Source: Acholeplasma sp.
GTDB lineage: Bacteria; Bacillota_I; Bacilli_A; Acholeplasmatales; UBA5453
Assembly: GCA_036677365.1 (NCBI GenBank)
Contig: JAVBWN010000016.1
Span: 32,001-96,000 of the forward strand
DNA: 64,000 bases
Direction: 5' to 3'
Shown here: positions 42,069 through 52,068 of the stretch, piece by piece
Numbering within the stretch: the first letter of the stretch is position 1
Layout: each line of letters begins with the position of its first letter
The notes under the pieces: model-generated
Database searches by the model: none
Told to the model about the DNA's origin: nothing
What the model saw: only the letters and a program-made list of their open reading frames with translations
Position numbers and translations under genes: made by a program

Positions 42069-42830
42069 TTATGCAATCAACAACGTCGTCCCCGACTTTT
42101 TAAAAGCTTCCACATAAGCCTCACTCGGCATCTTATCTGTAATGATATAATCGATGTCCTCAAACTCACAGGTCTTACATAAAAAGATTTTATCAAACTT
42201 CGTATGGTCTACAAGTAGTATATGAACCTTTGAATGGTTCATCATTTCTCTTTTTACTAAAGCTTGCTCCAAGGAGGCTTCAGTAATACCTGAGGCTAAG
42301 GATATCCCTCCACATGAGAAGATAAAAGCGTTACAATTAAAGTTTTTAATATAGTTCACCGTATCTATTCCTAGAACAGAGTTTGTATTGTTATAGATGA
42401 TACCACCAGGCAAATACACCCGCACATTTGGACTTTGTGTTAGAATGGCAGCGTTATTTAAACCATTGGTAATTACCGTTACATTCGGTAGGTTATCTAA
42501 TAGTGGTAATACATAACCGGCAGTTGAACTTGAATCCACAAAATAAGACTCATTTTTTGTTAACAGCGTCGCGCATTTCACCGCGATGCTGTTTTTTTCT
42601 TTGACTTGTGTTTGAACACGAACCAAAATGGATGACTCTCTAGAAGAAGATTCTATCAAAGAGGAATGACCGTGGGTTCGATGGATGATCCCTTGTCTTT
42701 CCATATCATTTAAATCTCTTCTTAAGGTAGATTCACTGATAAAGAGCTTGTTTTGTAAATTCTTGTTTGAAATGGTTTTTTCTTTCTTGATAATCTCAAA
42801 AATCTTTCTTTGACGTTCATTAAGTATCAT
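42069..42830 (-). CDS. DeoR/GlpR family regulator
   Basis: ERQRKI, ISESTLRRDL, DSSST, VITNGL, LVDHTKF; GGAGGA RBS. Confidence 0.93.
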   Translation of the reverse strand: MILNERQRKIFEIIKKEKTISNKNLQNKLFISESTLRRDLNDMERQGIIHRTHGHSSLIESSSRESSILVRVQTQVKEKNSIAVKCATLLTKNESYFVDSSSTAGYVLPLLDNLPNVTVITNGLNNAAILTQSPNVRVYLPGGIIYNNTNSVLGIDTVNYIKNFNCNAFIFSCGGISLASGITEASLEQALVKREMMNHSKVHILLVDHTKFDKIFLCKTCEFEDIDYIITDKMPSEAYVEAFKKSGTTLLIA

Positions 42831-42847
42831 AGATTCCTCCAAAAATG

Positions 42848-42966
42848 TGACTGAATATGACTGAATTTTACAATTATCGTGACTAATTGTCAAGATAACG
42901 TTCATTTGTTGACTTTAATCCGTCACATTTGTTATAGTTGGGATGAACCTAATGAAACCGTTTCCA
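42848..42966 (+). promoter_or_regulatory. Divergent control region with TGACT repeats, promoter and cre-like site
   Basis: TGACTGAAT twice (42848, 42858), TTGACT (42909) to TGnTATAGT (42930-42938), TGAAACCGTTTCCA (42953-42966). Confidence 0.65.
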
Positions 42967-43010
42967 GCGATAACAACGCGATTATATTTATATTTATGAA
43001 GGATGAAACA

Positions 43011-44255
43011 ATGATAAAAAAAATGACTTTAGCAGTACTGGGTTTTGGCCAACGTGGCGTCGTCTTCTCTAATGTTGCCAAATCGTACCCAGATGAGATT
43101 GAGCTTGTGGCTGCTTGTGAGAAAAATACCCATAAGCATGCATGGATTAAAGCGAATTATCATTTGAATGAAAATCAAATCTACAGTGACTTTGACACAT
43201 TCATGAATGCAGGTAAACTTGCAGATATTTTAGTGATTTCAACCATGGATCAAGATCATCACTTACACGCATTAAAAGCATTAGAAGTCGGTTATGACAT
43301 ATTGCTAGAAAAGCCGATTGCTTTAAGCAAGAAAGATATCTTTGAAATTAAGGATTTAGCCAATAAATTAAATCGTAAAATTGCAGTTGCCCACGTACTC
43401 CGATACACGCATTTTTACAATGAGATTAAAAAACTCATTGACCAAGGGGTACTAGGTAGTATTGCAACCCTCCACCAAACTGAGAATGTTGGTTATCTAC
43501 ATTACGCACACAGCTTTGTGAGGGGTAATTGGCACAATTCCAATACCTCTAGCCCGATGATTCTCGCCAAAAGTTGTCATGACATCGATATCATCAGATA
43601 CCTAGTCGGTAAACGTGTTGAAAAAATTTCATCTTTTGGAAACCTTCATTACTTCAAAAAAGAAAACAGGCCAAAGAATGCAGCTAAAAACTGTATTGAC
43701 TGTAAGGTGGATTGTCCATTTAATGCAATCCAGTTCTATGAAGAAAATCCAAGTTGGATGGCATTCTTCAGCTTAGAAAAAGACGCTAAAAAAGTTTTAT
43801 CCGATCGGAATTTAAATTACGGACGTTGTGTTTATGATATGGACAACAATGTGGTGGATCACCAAGTACTCAACATGCAATTCGAAGATGGGTCATCCGC
43901 ATCCTTCACCATGACCGCTTTCTCCTATGAGACCCATCGACGAATTGAGATTAAAGGGACCAAAGCGGAACTTGTGGGCGACTTAGAAGATAACCTCATT
44001 ACTGTGATGCCATTTGGAAAAACCCCATTTAAGATTGACATCAAAGCCCTCACCGATGACTTTAGTTATCACTCCGGTGGTGACAAAAATCTGCTCATCG
44101 ATTTTGTCAGAGCTGTAAGAGACAATACATCATTCTTAACAGACATCAACTACGCTGTAGAAAGCCACTACTTAGCATTCGATGCGGAAACATCTAGACT
44201 CAATCAAGGGTTAGTCATAGATACATCCAAATCATGGAGCGATTATGAACGATAA
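43011..44255 (+). CDS. Gfo/Idh/MocA NAD-dependent oxidoreductase
   Basis: LGFGQRG, LLEKPIA, HSFVRGNW, AKSCHDID, HSGGD. Confidence 0.88.
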   Translation: MIKKMTLAVLGFGQRGVVFSNVAKSYPDEIELVAACEKNTHKHAWIKANYHLNENQIYSDFDTFMNAGKLADILVISTMDQDHHLHALKALEVGYDILLEKPIALSKKDIFEIKDLANKLNRKIAVAHVLRYTHFYNEIKKLIDQGVLGSIATLHQTENVGYLHYAHSFVRGNWHNSNTSSPMILAKSCHDIDIIRYLVGKRVEKISSFGNLHYFKKENRPKNAAKNCIDCKVDCPFNAIQFYEENPSWMAFFSLEKDAKKVLSDRNLNYGRCVYDMDNNVVDHQVLNMQFEDGSSASFTMTAFSYETHRRIEIKGTKAELVGDLEDNLITVMPFGKTPFKIDIKALTDDFSYHSGGDKNLLIDFVRAVRDNTSFLTDINYAVESHYLAFDAETSRLNQGLVIDTSKSWSDYER

Positions 44256-45696
44256 TCATCATTATCTCACAGTGGATTTAGGCGCGTCATCTGGACGCGT
44301 CATCATCACCACTGTGGGTAATTCAATCATTCAAAAAGAGGTTCACCGTTTCAAAAACCAACCGATTCAAGAAGCGGTTCTTTTAGTATGGCCATTTGAA
44401 TACCTTTTACAAGAAATCTTGTTAGGCATTCAAAAAGCCTTTGAAATCGAACCCAACCTAGAATCGATTGGGATTGATACTTGGGGTGTCGATTATGGCT
44501 ATATCGGTAAGGATGGATTATTGCTTAGAAACCCTGTATGTTATCGTGACGAAAGAACCTTACAAGGACAATCGCTCACCAACGCCTTCTTTTCAAAAGA
44601 AGATTTATATGAACAAACAGGTATTCAACACTTAAGATTCAATACAATTTATCAACTCGCTTATGATTTAAAATACGAACAAAAACTACTAAAAAATGCA
44701 CGTACCTGGTTAATGATGCCAGATCTCATCGCTTATTACCTCACAGGTAACCCACGAATAGAACTGACCAATTTATCCACAACCAGTTTTTATAACCCTA
44801 AGGAAAAAAACATCATTGATGCATTATATCGTATGGGGTTTAACAAAGATTTAATACCTCAAGGAATTCAACCTGGTGAAGTCTATGGGTATCTTAAAGA
44901 AGATATCGTCAATAAGTATCACTTAAAAAATGTACCAGTAATTGCGGTGTGTACACACGATACCGCTTCGGCGATTCACAGTATCGATGTGAATCATGAC
45001 GATGTGTATATTTCATCTGGAACGTGGAGTTTGATAGGTAAATTATTAGAACAACCCCTCATCAATTTAGAATCGTATCTCGCTTCTTATACCAATGAAG
45101 TCGGATTTAACCATCAAATCAGATTCTTAAAGAACATAGCAGGCTTTTGGGTAAAAAACAAAATCATAGAAGCCTTTAAACTGGATAAAATCGATTACCA
45201 ATCACTAGATCAAGAAATTAATCAAAATCTAACCTTTAATTCAATCATCGACTTAGATGCCCCTGAATTTGAATTAGGCATCGATATCCTAGAAGAGATC
45301 AAATATTACTGTATCAAAACGAATCAATCCACCCCAAAAACCTTAGCAGAATACCTCGCGTTATTTAACTACAGTCTCGTCTGTAAGTATAAGCACCATT
45401 TAGAAACACTTGAGAGATTAACCCATATTAAAACAAAACAAATCATCATCATTGGCGGCGGTTCACAAAATGACCTCATCAATCAGATGACCGCCGACAT
45501 CACTGGTTTAGTCGTCATCAAAGGTGATAAAGAAGCAACCTCGATTGGGAATGCTTTAGTACAACACCAATCAAAGTATCCAAATTTCAGTAAATCAGAC
45601 TTAAGAAGTAAAAACCAACGCATGTTTAAACCGAAAAATGACCTATCCAAGGTATATCAGAAATATCAAACCATCCTAAAGGGGCGAATCATATGA
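44245..45696 (+). CDS. rhaB: Rhamnulokinase
   Basis: DLGASSGR, EVHRF, IGIDTWGVDY, FNTIYQL, HDTASA, ISSGTWSL, GGGSQN. Confidence 0.92.
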   Translation: MNDNHHYLTVDLGASSGRVIITTVGNSIIQKEVHRFKNQPIQEAVLLVWPFEYLLQEILLGIQKAFEIEPNLESIGIDTWGVDYGYIGKDGLLLRNPVCYRDERTLQGQSLTNAFFSKEDLYEQTGIQHLRFNTIYQLAYDLKYEQKLLKNARTWLMMPDLIAYYLTGNPRIELTNLSTTSFYNPKEKNIIDALYRMGFNKDLIPQGIQPGEVYGYLKEDIVNKYHLKNVPVIAVCTHDTASAIHSIDVNHDDVYISSGTWSLIGKLLEQPLINLESYLASYTNEVGFNHQIRFLKNIAGFWVKNKIIEAFKLDKIDYQSLDQEINQNLTFNSIIDLDAPEFELGIDILEEIKYYCIKTNQSTPKTLAEYLALFNYSLVCKYKHHLETLERLTHIKTKQIIIIGGGSQNDLINQMTADITGLVVIKGDKEATSIGNALVQHQSKYPNFSKSDLRSKNQRMFKPKNDLSKVYQKYQTILKGRII

Positions 45697-46937
45697 CACA
45701 AAATGAAAAATACAATATAGCGAAATCCATCTATCAAAAATATGGTGTTGATGTCGATCAAGCGATTCAAACACTCAAACAAACACCTATTTCTATACAG
45801 TGTTGGCAAGGGGATGATGTCAAAGGCTTTTATAGTAATGAAGCACTCTCTGGTGGTATTTCAGTAACCGGAAATTACCCATTCCGAGCAAGAACAATTG
45901 AAGAACTTCGAAGCGATTTAGAAGTTGTCTTTCAATTGGTTCCATTCAAACATCGCGTGAATTTACATGCGATTTATCTCGATACTAAGGATAAGATCGA
46001 ACTGGATGAAATCGAACCGAAACACTTTGAATCTTGGGTTAATTGGGCGAAAAAAGAGGGCATTGGATTGGACTTCAATCCAACCCTATTCTCACATCCA
46101 ATGGCAGCTTTAGGATTTACGTTATCATCCAATGATGATCATATCAGAAGCTTTTGGGTAAGACACGTCAAACAATCCAGAAAAGTGGCTCAGTATTTTG
46201 GAGAAGCCTTAGGGATTGAAACGGTATGTAATTTATGGATACCAGATGGTTATAAAGACACCCCATACAACCGACTAGCACCAAGAATTCAACTTCAAAA
46301 ATCGCTAAATGAAATTTATACATCCAAATTGGATCGTGTGGTAGACACCCTTGAATCGAAACTCTTTGGTATTGGGGCGGAATCATATACAACCGGTTCA
46401 CACGAATTTTATATGGGGTATGCGATTAAACACAATCTCGGGTTATGTTTAGATTTGGGGCATTTCCATCCAACAGAACAAGTATCGGATAAACTCTCTG
46501 CCATGTCGTTATACGTGGATCACTTATTACTACATGTATCCAGACCAGTACGCTGGGATTCAGACCACGTGGTTACACTCAGCGATGATTTACTCAGTGT
46601 TACAGAAGCATTGGTTCGAGATGATTTATTAAAGAAAACAGCGATTGGATTAGACTATTTTGACGCTTCAATTAATCGTATTGCAGCGTGGGTGATTGGT
46701 ATCAGAAATACACAAAAAGCGTTGTTAAAAGCCCTATTAGAACCGAAAGAATTGATTGAGAAAATAGAAAAAGCACAAAACTATACCGCTAGATTGGCCT
46801 ACCTAGAAGAGTTAAAAGCATTACCATTCGGGCTGGTTTATGACTACATTTGTGAAGTAGAACATAAACCCGTTGGCATCGATTTCTTAAAAAAAATAGA
46901 AGCTTATGAAGCCAACATGAAAGGCAAACGACCATGA
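45693..46937 (+). CDS. rhaA: L-rhamnose isomerase
   Basis: CWQGDDV, RVNLHAIY, LDFNPT, WIPDG, ESKLFGIG, GHFHPTE, HVSRPVRWDSDH. Confidence 0.97.
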   Translation: MTQNEKYNIAKSIYQKYGVDVDQAIQTLKQTPISIQCWQGDDVKGFYSNEALSGGISVTGNYPFRARTIEELRSDLEVVFQLVPFKHRVNLHAIYLDTKDKIELDEIEPKHFESWVNWAKKEGIGLDFNPTLFSHPMAALGFTLSSNDDHIRSFWVRHVKQSRKVAQYFGEALGIETVCNLWIPDGYKDTPYNRLAPRIQLQKSLNEIYTSKLDRVVDTLESKLFGIGAESYTTGSHEFYMGYAIKHNLGLCLDLGHFHPTEQVSDKLSAMSLYVDHLLLHVSRPVRWDSDHVVTLSDDLLSVTEALVRDDLLKKTAIGLDYFDASINRIAAWVIGIRNTQKALLKALLEPKELIEKIEKAQNYTARLAYLEELKALPFGLVYDYICEVEHKPVGIDFLKKIEAYEANMKGKRP

Positions 46938-47749
46938 TAAAAAACATATTAGAATCGAGATTTATCCAAGAATTTTCCAACGTCATCGATAGAATGTACC
47001 TCTTAGGTTGGGACGAAAGAAACGCCGGGAATGTTTCATACATTCTCGATGAAGCCGAATTATCCGAGTACCTAGACTTATCTAAAATAGGGCGATTATA
47101 CCCGCTTCAAATCAATGCGAAACCGTTGGCAGGTAAATACTTACTTGTCACAGGGTCAGGTAAGTATTTCAAAAATGTCAAAGAACAACCAGAAGCGAAT
47201 GCTTGTATTGTAAAAGTCACACAAGCAGGTGACCATGTCGAAATTCTATGGGGATTAAAACCGACCGAAAGACCGACATCCGAATTATCGACACACCTAG
47301 CTTCACATATTTCTAGACTTGAAGTAGACCCAACGCATAGGGTCATCATCCACACACACGCGACATATTTAAATATGATGAGTGCAATCACTGAACTCGA
47401 TGAAAAAACATTCACCAAAGCATTGTGGGGATTAAATACAGAAAACATCATCATCTTTCCAGAAGGCTTAGGCATCATTCCATGGGAAATTCCAGGGAAC
47501 GGGATCATTGGAAAAAACACAGCAGAAAAATTTAAAACATTCAAAATAGTCTTATGGCCACTCCATGGCGTAGTCGCATCCGGTGACACCCTAGATTCAA
47601 CGTTTGGTTTGGTTGAAACAGTAGAAAAAGCCGCCATGACCTATTTGGTGATTAAACCATTTAATAACCATAAACTCATACCAGATGCAGATTTAGTTAG
47701 ACTTGCGAAAGCTTTTAATGTCAAACCGAACGAGGCATTCATCAAATGA
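46934..47749 (+). CDS. rhaD: Rhamnulose-1-phosphate aldolase
   Basis: GWDERNAGNVS, TGSGKYFKN, PTSELSTH, IHTHAT, WPLHG, ETVEKAA. Confidence 0.95.
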   Translation: MIKNILESRFIQEFSNVIDRMYLLGWDERNAGNVSYILDEAELSEYLDLSKIGRLYPLQINAKPLAGKYLLVTGSGKYFKNVKEQPEANACIVKVTQAGDHVEILWGLKPTERPTSELSTHLASHISRLEVDPTHRVIIHTHATYLNMMSAITELDEKTFTKALWGLNTENIIIFPEGLGIIPWEIPGNGIIGKNTAEKFKTFKIVLWPLHGVVASGDTLDSTFGLVETVEKAAMTYLVIKPFNNHKLIPDADLVRLAKAFNVKPNEAFIK

Positions 47750-48726
47750 AAAAAGTCATCGTTATTATGTTGATAGCACTCGTTATGTTATCCGGATGTA
47801 AGGAAAAAGAAAAACCCATCATCGATGACACTGGCGCAATAGAATTATTAGAAGACCCGACGTTCTCCACTGGATTTCAGTTGTTAGGTATTAGTCCTGT
47901 CGTCGATGGTAGAACCATTCAACGACATCTAGACTATAACGGTGAAGCACTGCCTTCAACCAGAAATGTATGGTATATGGCACAGTGGTGGACCCCACAC
48001 GATGTTACTGATGCAACTTATGCTAAAGTGAGCGGCGTTCACACATACACCACTGAATCGAGAACCTTACATATAAATCCAAGTGACCACGGTTATTTGA
48101 GAATTGATCTAAAAGCATCCAAAGAGTATAGTGAACCAAGACAAAGTGGTCAACCTTGGACACATGCACTCATTGAACAAGATTTCAACGAGTCAGTGGG
48201 TATGCAAGCCTTATCTGCACTCATACTCAAACTTGAAGTCACTGTGAATTCGGTTGAAAACTTAACGGGTTCAGCTTATGATCCATCCAAACACGCAGCA
48301 CAACTCTTATGGTATTTAACGTTAAGAAATGTTGTTCCAGAAGATGCTGATCCAAACGAAGTAGGAACTCGAGGAGACTTCCTATGGTTTGGCATTCCGA
48401 TTTATGATAATCGTTCCGATTTTATAGCACAATCAGCCCATCTCGACCAAGGTGGTCCCGGTACAACCAATAAACTCATTTATTCAATGTCTTCAAGAAA
48501 CTATTTTGATGAAAAGATTCAAATGGGTAAAACCTATCAAATTGAAATTGATGTCTTACCTTACTTACAAGAGGCATTCCTTTACGCGATTCAAAACAAT
48601 GCCCTGGTGAATGCACAATATGAAAACATGCAAATTGGTTATATGAACTTAGGTTGGGAACTCCCAGGAACATTTGATGTATCATCGACTTTTAGAAATA
48701 TATCCATCAAAGCAGTTAAGAAGTAG
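47746..48726 (+). CDS. Lipoprotein of unrecognised family, paralogue A
   Basis: Lipobox LSGC; motifs shared with 48734 and 58731. Confidence 0.8.
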   Translation: MKKVIVIMLIALVMLSGCKEKEKPIIDDTGAIELLEDPTFSTGFQLLGISPVVDGRTIQRHLDYNGEALPSTRNVWYMAQWWTPHDVTDATYAKVSGVHTYTTESRTLHINPSDHGYLRIDLKASKEYSEPRQSGQPWTHALIEQDFNESVGMQALSALILKLEVTVNSVENLTGSAYDPSKHAAQLLWYLTLRNVVPEDADPNEVGTRGDFLWFGIPIYDNRSDFIAQSAHLDQGGPGTTNKLIYSMSSRNYFDEKIQMGKTYQIEIDVLPYLQEAFLYAIQNNALVNAQYENMQIGYMNLGWELPGTFDVSSTFRNISIKAVKK

Positions 48727-48733
48727 GTGTGAT

Positions 48734-49627
48734 ATGAAAACAATCGAATTATTAACAGACACGCATTTTAAAACAGGCTTCCATGTGCTTGGAATCAATC
48801 CGACCATCAATCATCGAAAAATTTACAAATATTTAGATTACAACGGTGAAGCTTATCGAACCAATTGGCCTGTTTGGCAGATGGCTCAATGGTGGACACC
48901 ATTTGATTTATCCGAATCTACATTCAAAAAATCAGAGGATCGTTTTATATATGACACCCCTTCTAGACACATTGAAGTGAATCCAAAAACGGGGTATCTC
49001 AAGATGGATTTATTTGGGTCTAAAGAGTATCCGCTTGGGCCAAGAAAAAGCGGTAGTGAGCCCTGGAGTCACTTACTCATAGAACAAGATTTCAACGAAA
49101 GTGTATCACTAGACTTCTTGAAATCACTCACTTTGAAATTGTCATTCCAGATTGAATCTGTTCAAGATGAAAACCAAGGGTTGTTTAATCCGAATTTACA
49201 CGCAGCCCAATTCTTATGGTATTTCGTCATTCATGACACAGGCATTGAAGGTTCTAAAGGGTATGGAAACTTTAAAGAATTCTTTTGGTTTGGAATACCA
49301 TTGTTTGATAGTCGATACCCATTCATCGAGGAATCGATGCATGTCGACCAAGGCGGCATAGGTACTACTGGTAGACTCATCTATTCAATGTCAAACAGAA
49401 ACTACCTAAAAGAACCCATTCAATTTGGAAAACCATATGACATAGAAATTGACATTTTACCGTTTGTTTTAAAGGCAAAACAGTATGCATTAGATCATGG
49501 CTACTTAAAACGACACGATCAAGCAAACTATCAAATTGGGTATATGAATTTAGGATGGGAATTACCAGGTAGATATGACGTGAAATCGCATATTCAAGGG
49601 ATTTCAGCGTTGGCAGTTTTGAAATGA
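48734..49627 (+). CDS. Signal-less member of same unrecognised family, paralogue B
   Basis: Starts directly at IELL motif, AGGTG RBS, no signal peptide. Confidence 0.8.
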   Translation: MKTIELLTDTHFKTGFHVLGINPTINHRKIYKYLDYNGEAYRTNWPVWQMAQWWTPFDLSESTFKKSEDRFIYDTPSRHIEVNPKTGYLKMDLFGSKEYPLGPRKSGSEPWSHLLIEQDFNESVSLDFLKSLTLKLSFQIESVQDENQGLFNPNLHAAQFLWYFVIHDTGIEGSKGYGNFKEFFWFGIPLFDSRYPFIEESMHVDQGGIGTTGRLIYSMSNRNYLKEPIQFGKPYDIEIDILPFVLKAKQYALDHGYLKRHDQANYQIGYMNLGWELPGRYDVKSHIQGISALAVLK

Positions 49628-49674
49628 ATCGATTCAACAACTGAAAAAGTTGTAAAAAATATATGGAGGGAACC

Positions 49675-52068
49675 ATGAAAAAATTAGTATCATTCGGTTT
49701 AATCGTTGTTTTAGCGTTTATGTTGATGGCAAAGCAAGCTAAAGCAGCTGTATTACCAGAAAATCCACCAGTCATTGGTGTGGAATCAACCACAACGGAT
49801 TTCTATTCACATTGGCAACCAGGTAGTTTTGGTGCAACCCGTATTGGCGACCAAGGCGTCGCAATGGCATTAACATCTGGATTCGGTTTAAGAGCGGGAT
49901 TTAGAACCCCATTTAACGCAACCGATTTTGAGATGCAACTGGATTTAACTTATATGGACCCAGGTACAGCTACGATTACTTTCTTTGGACCACAAGGGTC
50001 ATACATTAGCGGTAATGGTGCAGTACTTTCCATTGAATTCGTTAAACATACGACTGTTGCGAACAAATACTTAGTCGCTGTTCAAATTGGGTCTGGTACA
50101 CACCACGTATCACTACCTGAATTCGTATTAGTTGAACAAGGTGACTGGGAAGATTCGAACTGGAAAGGTTACCAATTGGTAGCACCAGAAGACGTGATTA
50201 CAGTATCGATCAAAGAAGTTGGTACTAACGTGAACGTGACCATCAATGGTCAAGTCTTTGTGGTTGCTTCTTCCACGTTCTATTCAAACTTCGCTGATAA
50301 GACAAACTCATATTTCTTAGTTGGTGCTTTGAATATGGACGGAACCGTTCAAACGTTAGTTGCGAATTATGTTGTCGATGCAAGCAGAAGAGCTTATTAT
50401 GCTGAAGATGGCGCATTCGATACATTCAAGACAAATTTAGTTGCTTTAGAAACCGCGTTACTTGAGGACTTATCAGTCATCACGAATGTTCAAGCAGCTC
50501 AAGCAATCAATGCTAACCTAGACATTGATACCTTAAAATCATATGACAAGAATTTTTTCAGATCAAGATTTGATGCGGCTCAAAGCACACTCTCTCAAGC
50601 CATTACTGAACTCGGTGGGGATATCGTTCTAGACGAACTAGAAGCATCCATTGTCAACCTTGAAGGTAAAGTCAACCTCATTTCAAACTACACAACAGCA
50701 AATCAAGCAATCGCACAACTAACGATTGCCCAAGATAAAGAAGTAGCCGTGGATGCTTCTGAATTCACCCCTGAACAAATAACAAGACTTGGTCAATTGT
50801 CAGACCGCATTGTAGCTGCTGACACATTAATCATTTCCAAAGTCCATGATTTAGTCTCAGCACAAATCGATGCATTTGAAGCAGCCGTATTGGATTTATC
50901 CAACATTTCAAAAGTCAATACAGCTTTAGATGCTAGAGCAGCTGTATCCAAAAATTTGATCAGTTTACTAGAAGAAGCAGACCAAACTGAGTTCAATAAT
51001 GCTTTTGATGCTGCTGAAACCACTTTGATGGCTGCAACTCAAACATTGGACGGTTGGATCGTTGGTGACAACACCTATGTCATTGAAAACAACAATACAT
51101 TTGAAGCAACATTCTTAGGTTCTGGTTTAGGTGAAGGTGGGAACGGCCTATTCTATGAACTAGAACAACTCGATGTTAGAAATTTCAGAATGACTTTAGA
51201 CATCTCTGCAATTACAGTTGAAGCTGGTGGTTGGATTAGCTTCGGTATTATGGAAAATCCAGAAATCTTCTCAACCGCAGATGATTCTTCAGTACAAAAT
51301 AACAAAGGATTATTCTTCTTGATTATTCCAGATGGTGCAAATCAAGCCAGAGTTGAAATTTACATGTTAAGTTTATACTCAAACCGTTTCTTCGATGCGA
51401 AACGGACAGCAACACTTAATATCAATTTAAGCAATGAAATCGTTGTGGATTTCTCCACTGAAATGCGATCTGTATCCGGTGTTACCGATGAGTATCTAAG
51501 AATCTCTATTGGTGGGCAAGTTATGACTGGCGATACCATTACAACCAGATCACTTAAAACATCATTGGCTACAGGTAAGGGTTATCTATACTTAGCAGCA
51601 ACCGGTGGCACTTATGCTTCAAAAAATACCATCAGCGTATCTTTCATCAATGGTAAAAATCCACTTTCCGATAGTTTAGTCGTAGACTATGCACCAGCAC
51701 CTCATGTTTTAACCACTTCATTATCGTATGAACTTGAAACACTCACAGATAAAAACATCGAATTCTATAACAGAGATTTATCCTATGTGGTTAAAGTGAA
51801 TGATGTCATCGTTGATGCTTCTAATTACACCTATGCCAATAACATTCTTAAACTTAAATCCAGTTTCTTAGAAACACTTGAAGCTGGTGAACACACTGTG
51901 AAAATTGAAACTGCTGGTGGAGTTGCAACCGTAGCGTTGACAGTGACCGCTGCACCACAAGCGCCACAAGCAGCCAACAATGTAGTTTGGATTTCAATTG
52001 GTATTGGTGGCGGGGTTATTGCTTTAGCTGTAGCCGCGTTCTTCGTCTTTAAGAAAAAAGGTATCTAA
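49675..52068 (+). CDS. Membrane-anchored surface protein with two beta-rich domains, helical spacer and X2-like domain
   Basis: Signal peptide ending AKA; NYTYANNILKLKSSFLETLEAGEHTVKIET X2-like; C-terminal TM followed by KKKG. Confidence 0.7.
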   Translation: MKKLVSFGLIVVLAFMLMAKQAKAAVLPENPPVIGVESTTTDFYSHWQPGSFGATRIGDQGVAMALTSGFGLRAGFRTPFNATDFEMQLDLTYMDPGTATITFFGPQGSYISGNGAVLSIEFVKHTTVANKYLVAVQIGSGTHHVSLPEFVLVEQGDWEDSNWKGYQLVAPEDVITVSIKEVGTNVNVTINGQVFVVASSTFYSNFADKTNSYFLVGALNMDGTVQTLVANYVVDASRRAYYAEDGAFDTFKTNLVALETALLEDLSVITNVQAAQAINANLDIDTLKSYDKNFFRSRFDAAQSTLSQAITELGGDIVLDELEASIVNLEGKVNLISNYTTANQAIAQLTIAQDKEVAVDASEFTPEQITRLGQLSDRIVAADTLIISKVHDLVSAQIDAFEAAVLDLSNISKVNTALDARAAVSKNLISLLEEADQTEFNNAFDAAETTLMAATQTLDGWIVGDNTYVIENNNTFEATFLGSGLGEGGNGLFYELEQLDVRNFRMTLDISAITVEAGGWISFGIMENPEIFSTADDSSVQNNKGLFFLIIPDGANQARVEIYMLSLYSNRFFDAKRTATLNINLSNEIVVDFSTEMRSVSGVTDEYLRISIGGQVMTGDTITTRSLKTSLATGKGYLYLAATGGTYASKNTISVSFINGKNPLSDSLVVDYAPAPHVLTTSLSYELETLTDKNIEFYNRDLSYVVKVNDVIVDASNYTYANNILKLKSSFLETLEAGEHTVKIETAGGVATVALTVTAAPQAPQAANNVVWISIGIGGGVIALAVAAFFVFKKKGI

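Noticed and set aside
47107..47637. 176-aa antisense ORF, and other short shadow ORFs in the track
   Set aside because: Lie opposite or within well-supported genes and lack RBS or motifs
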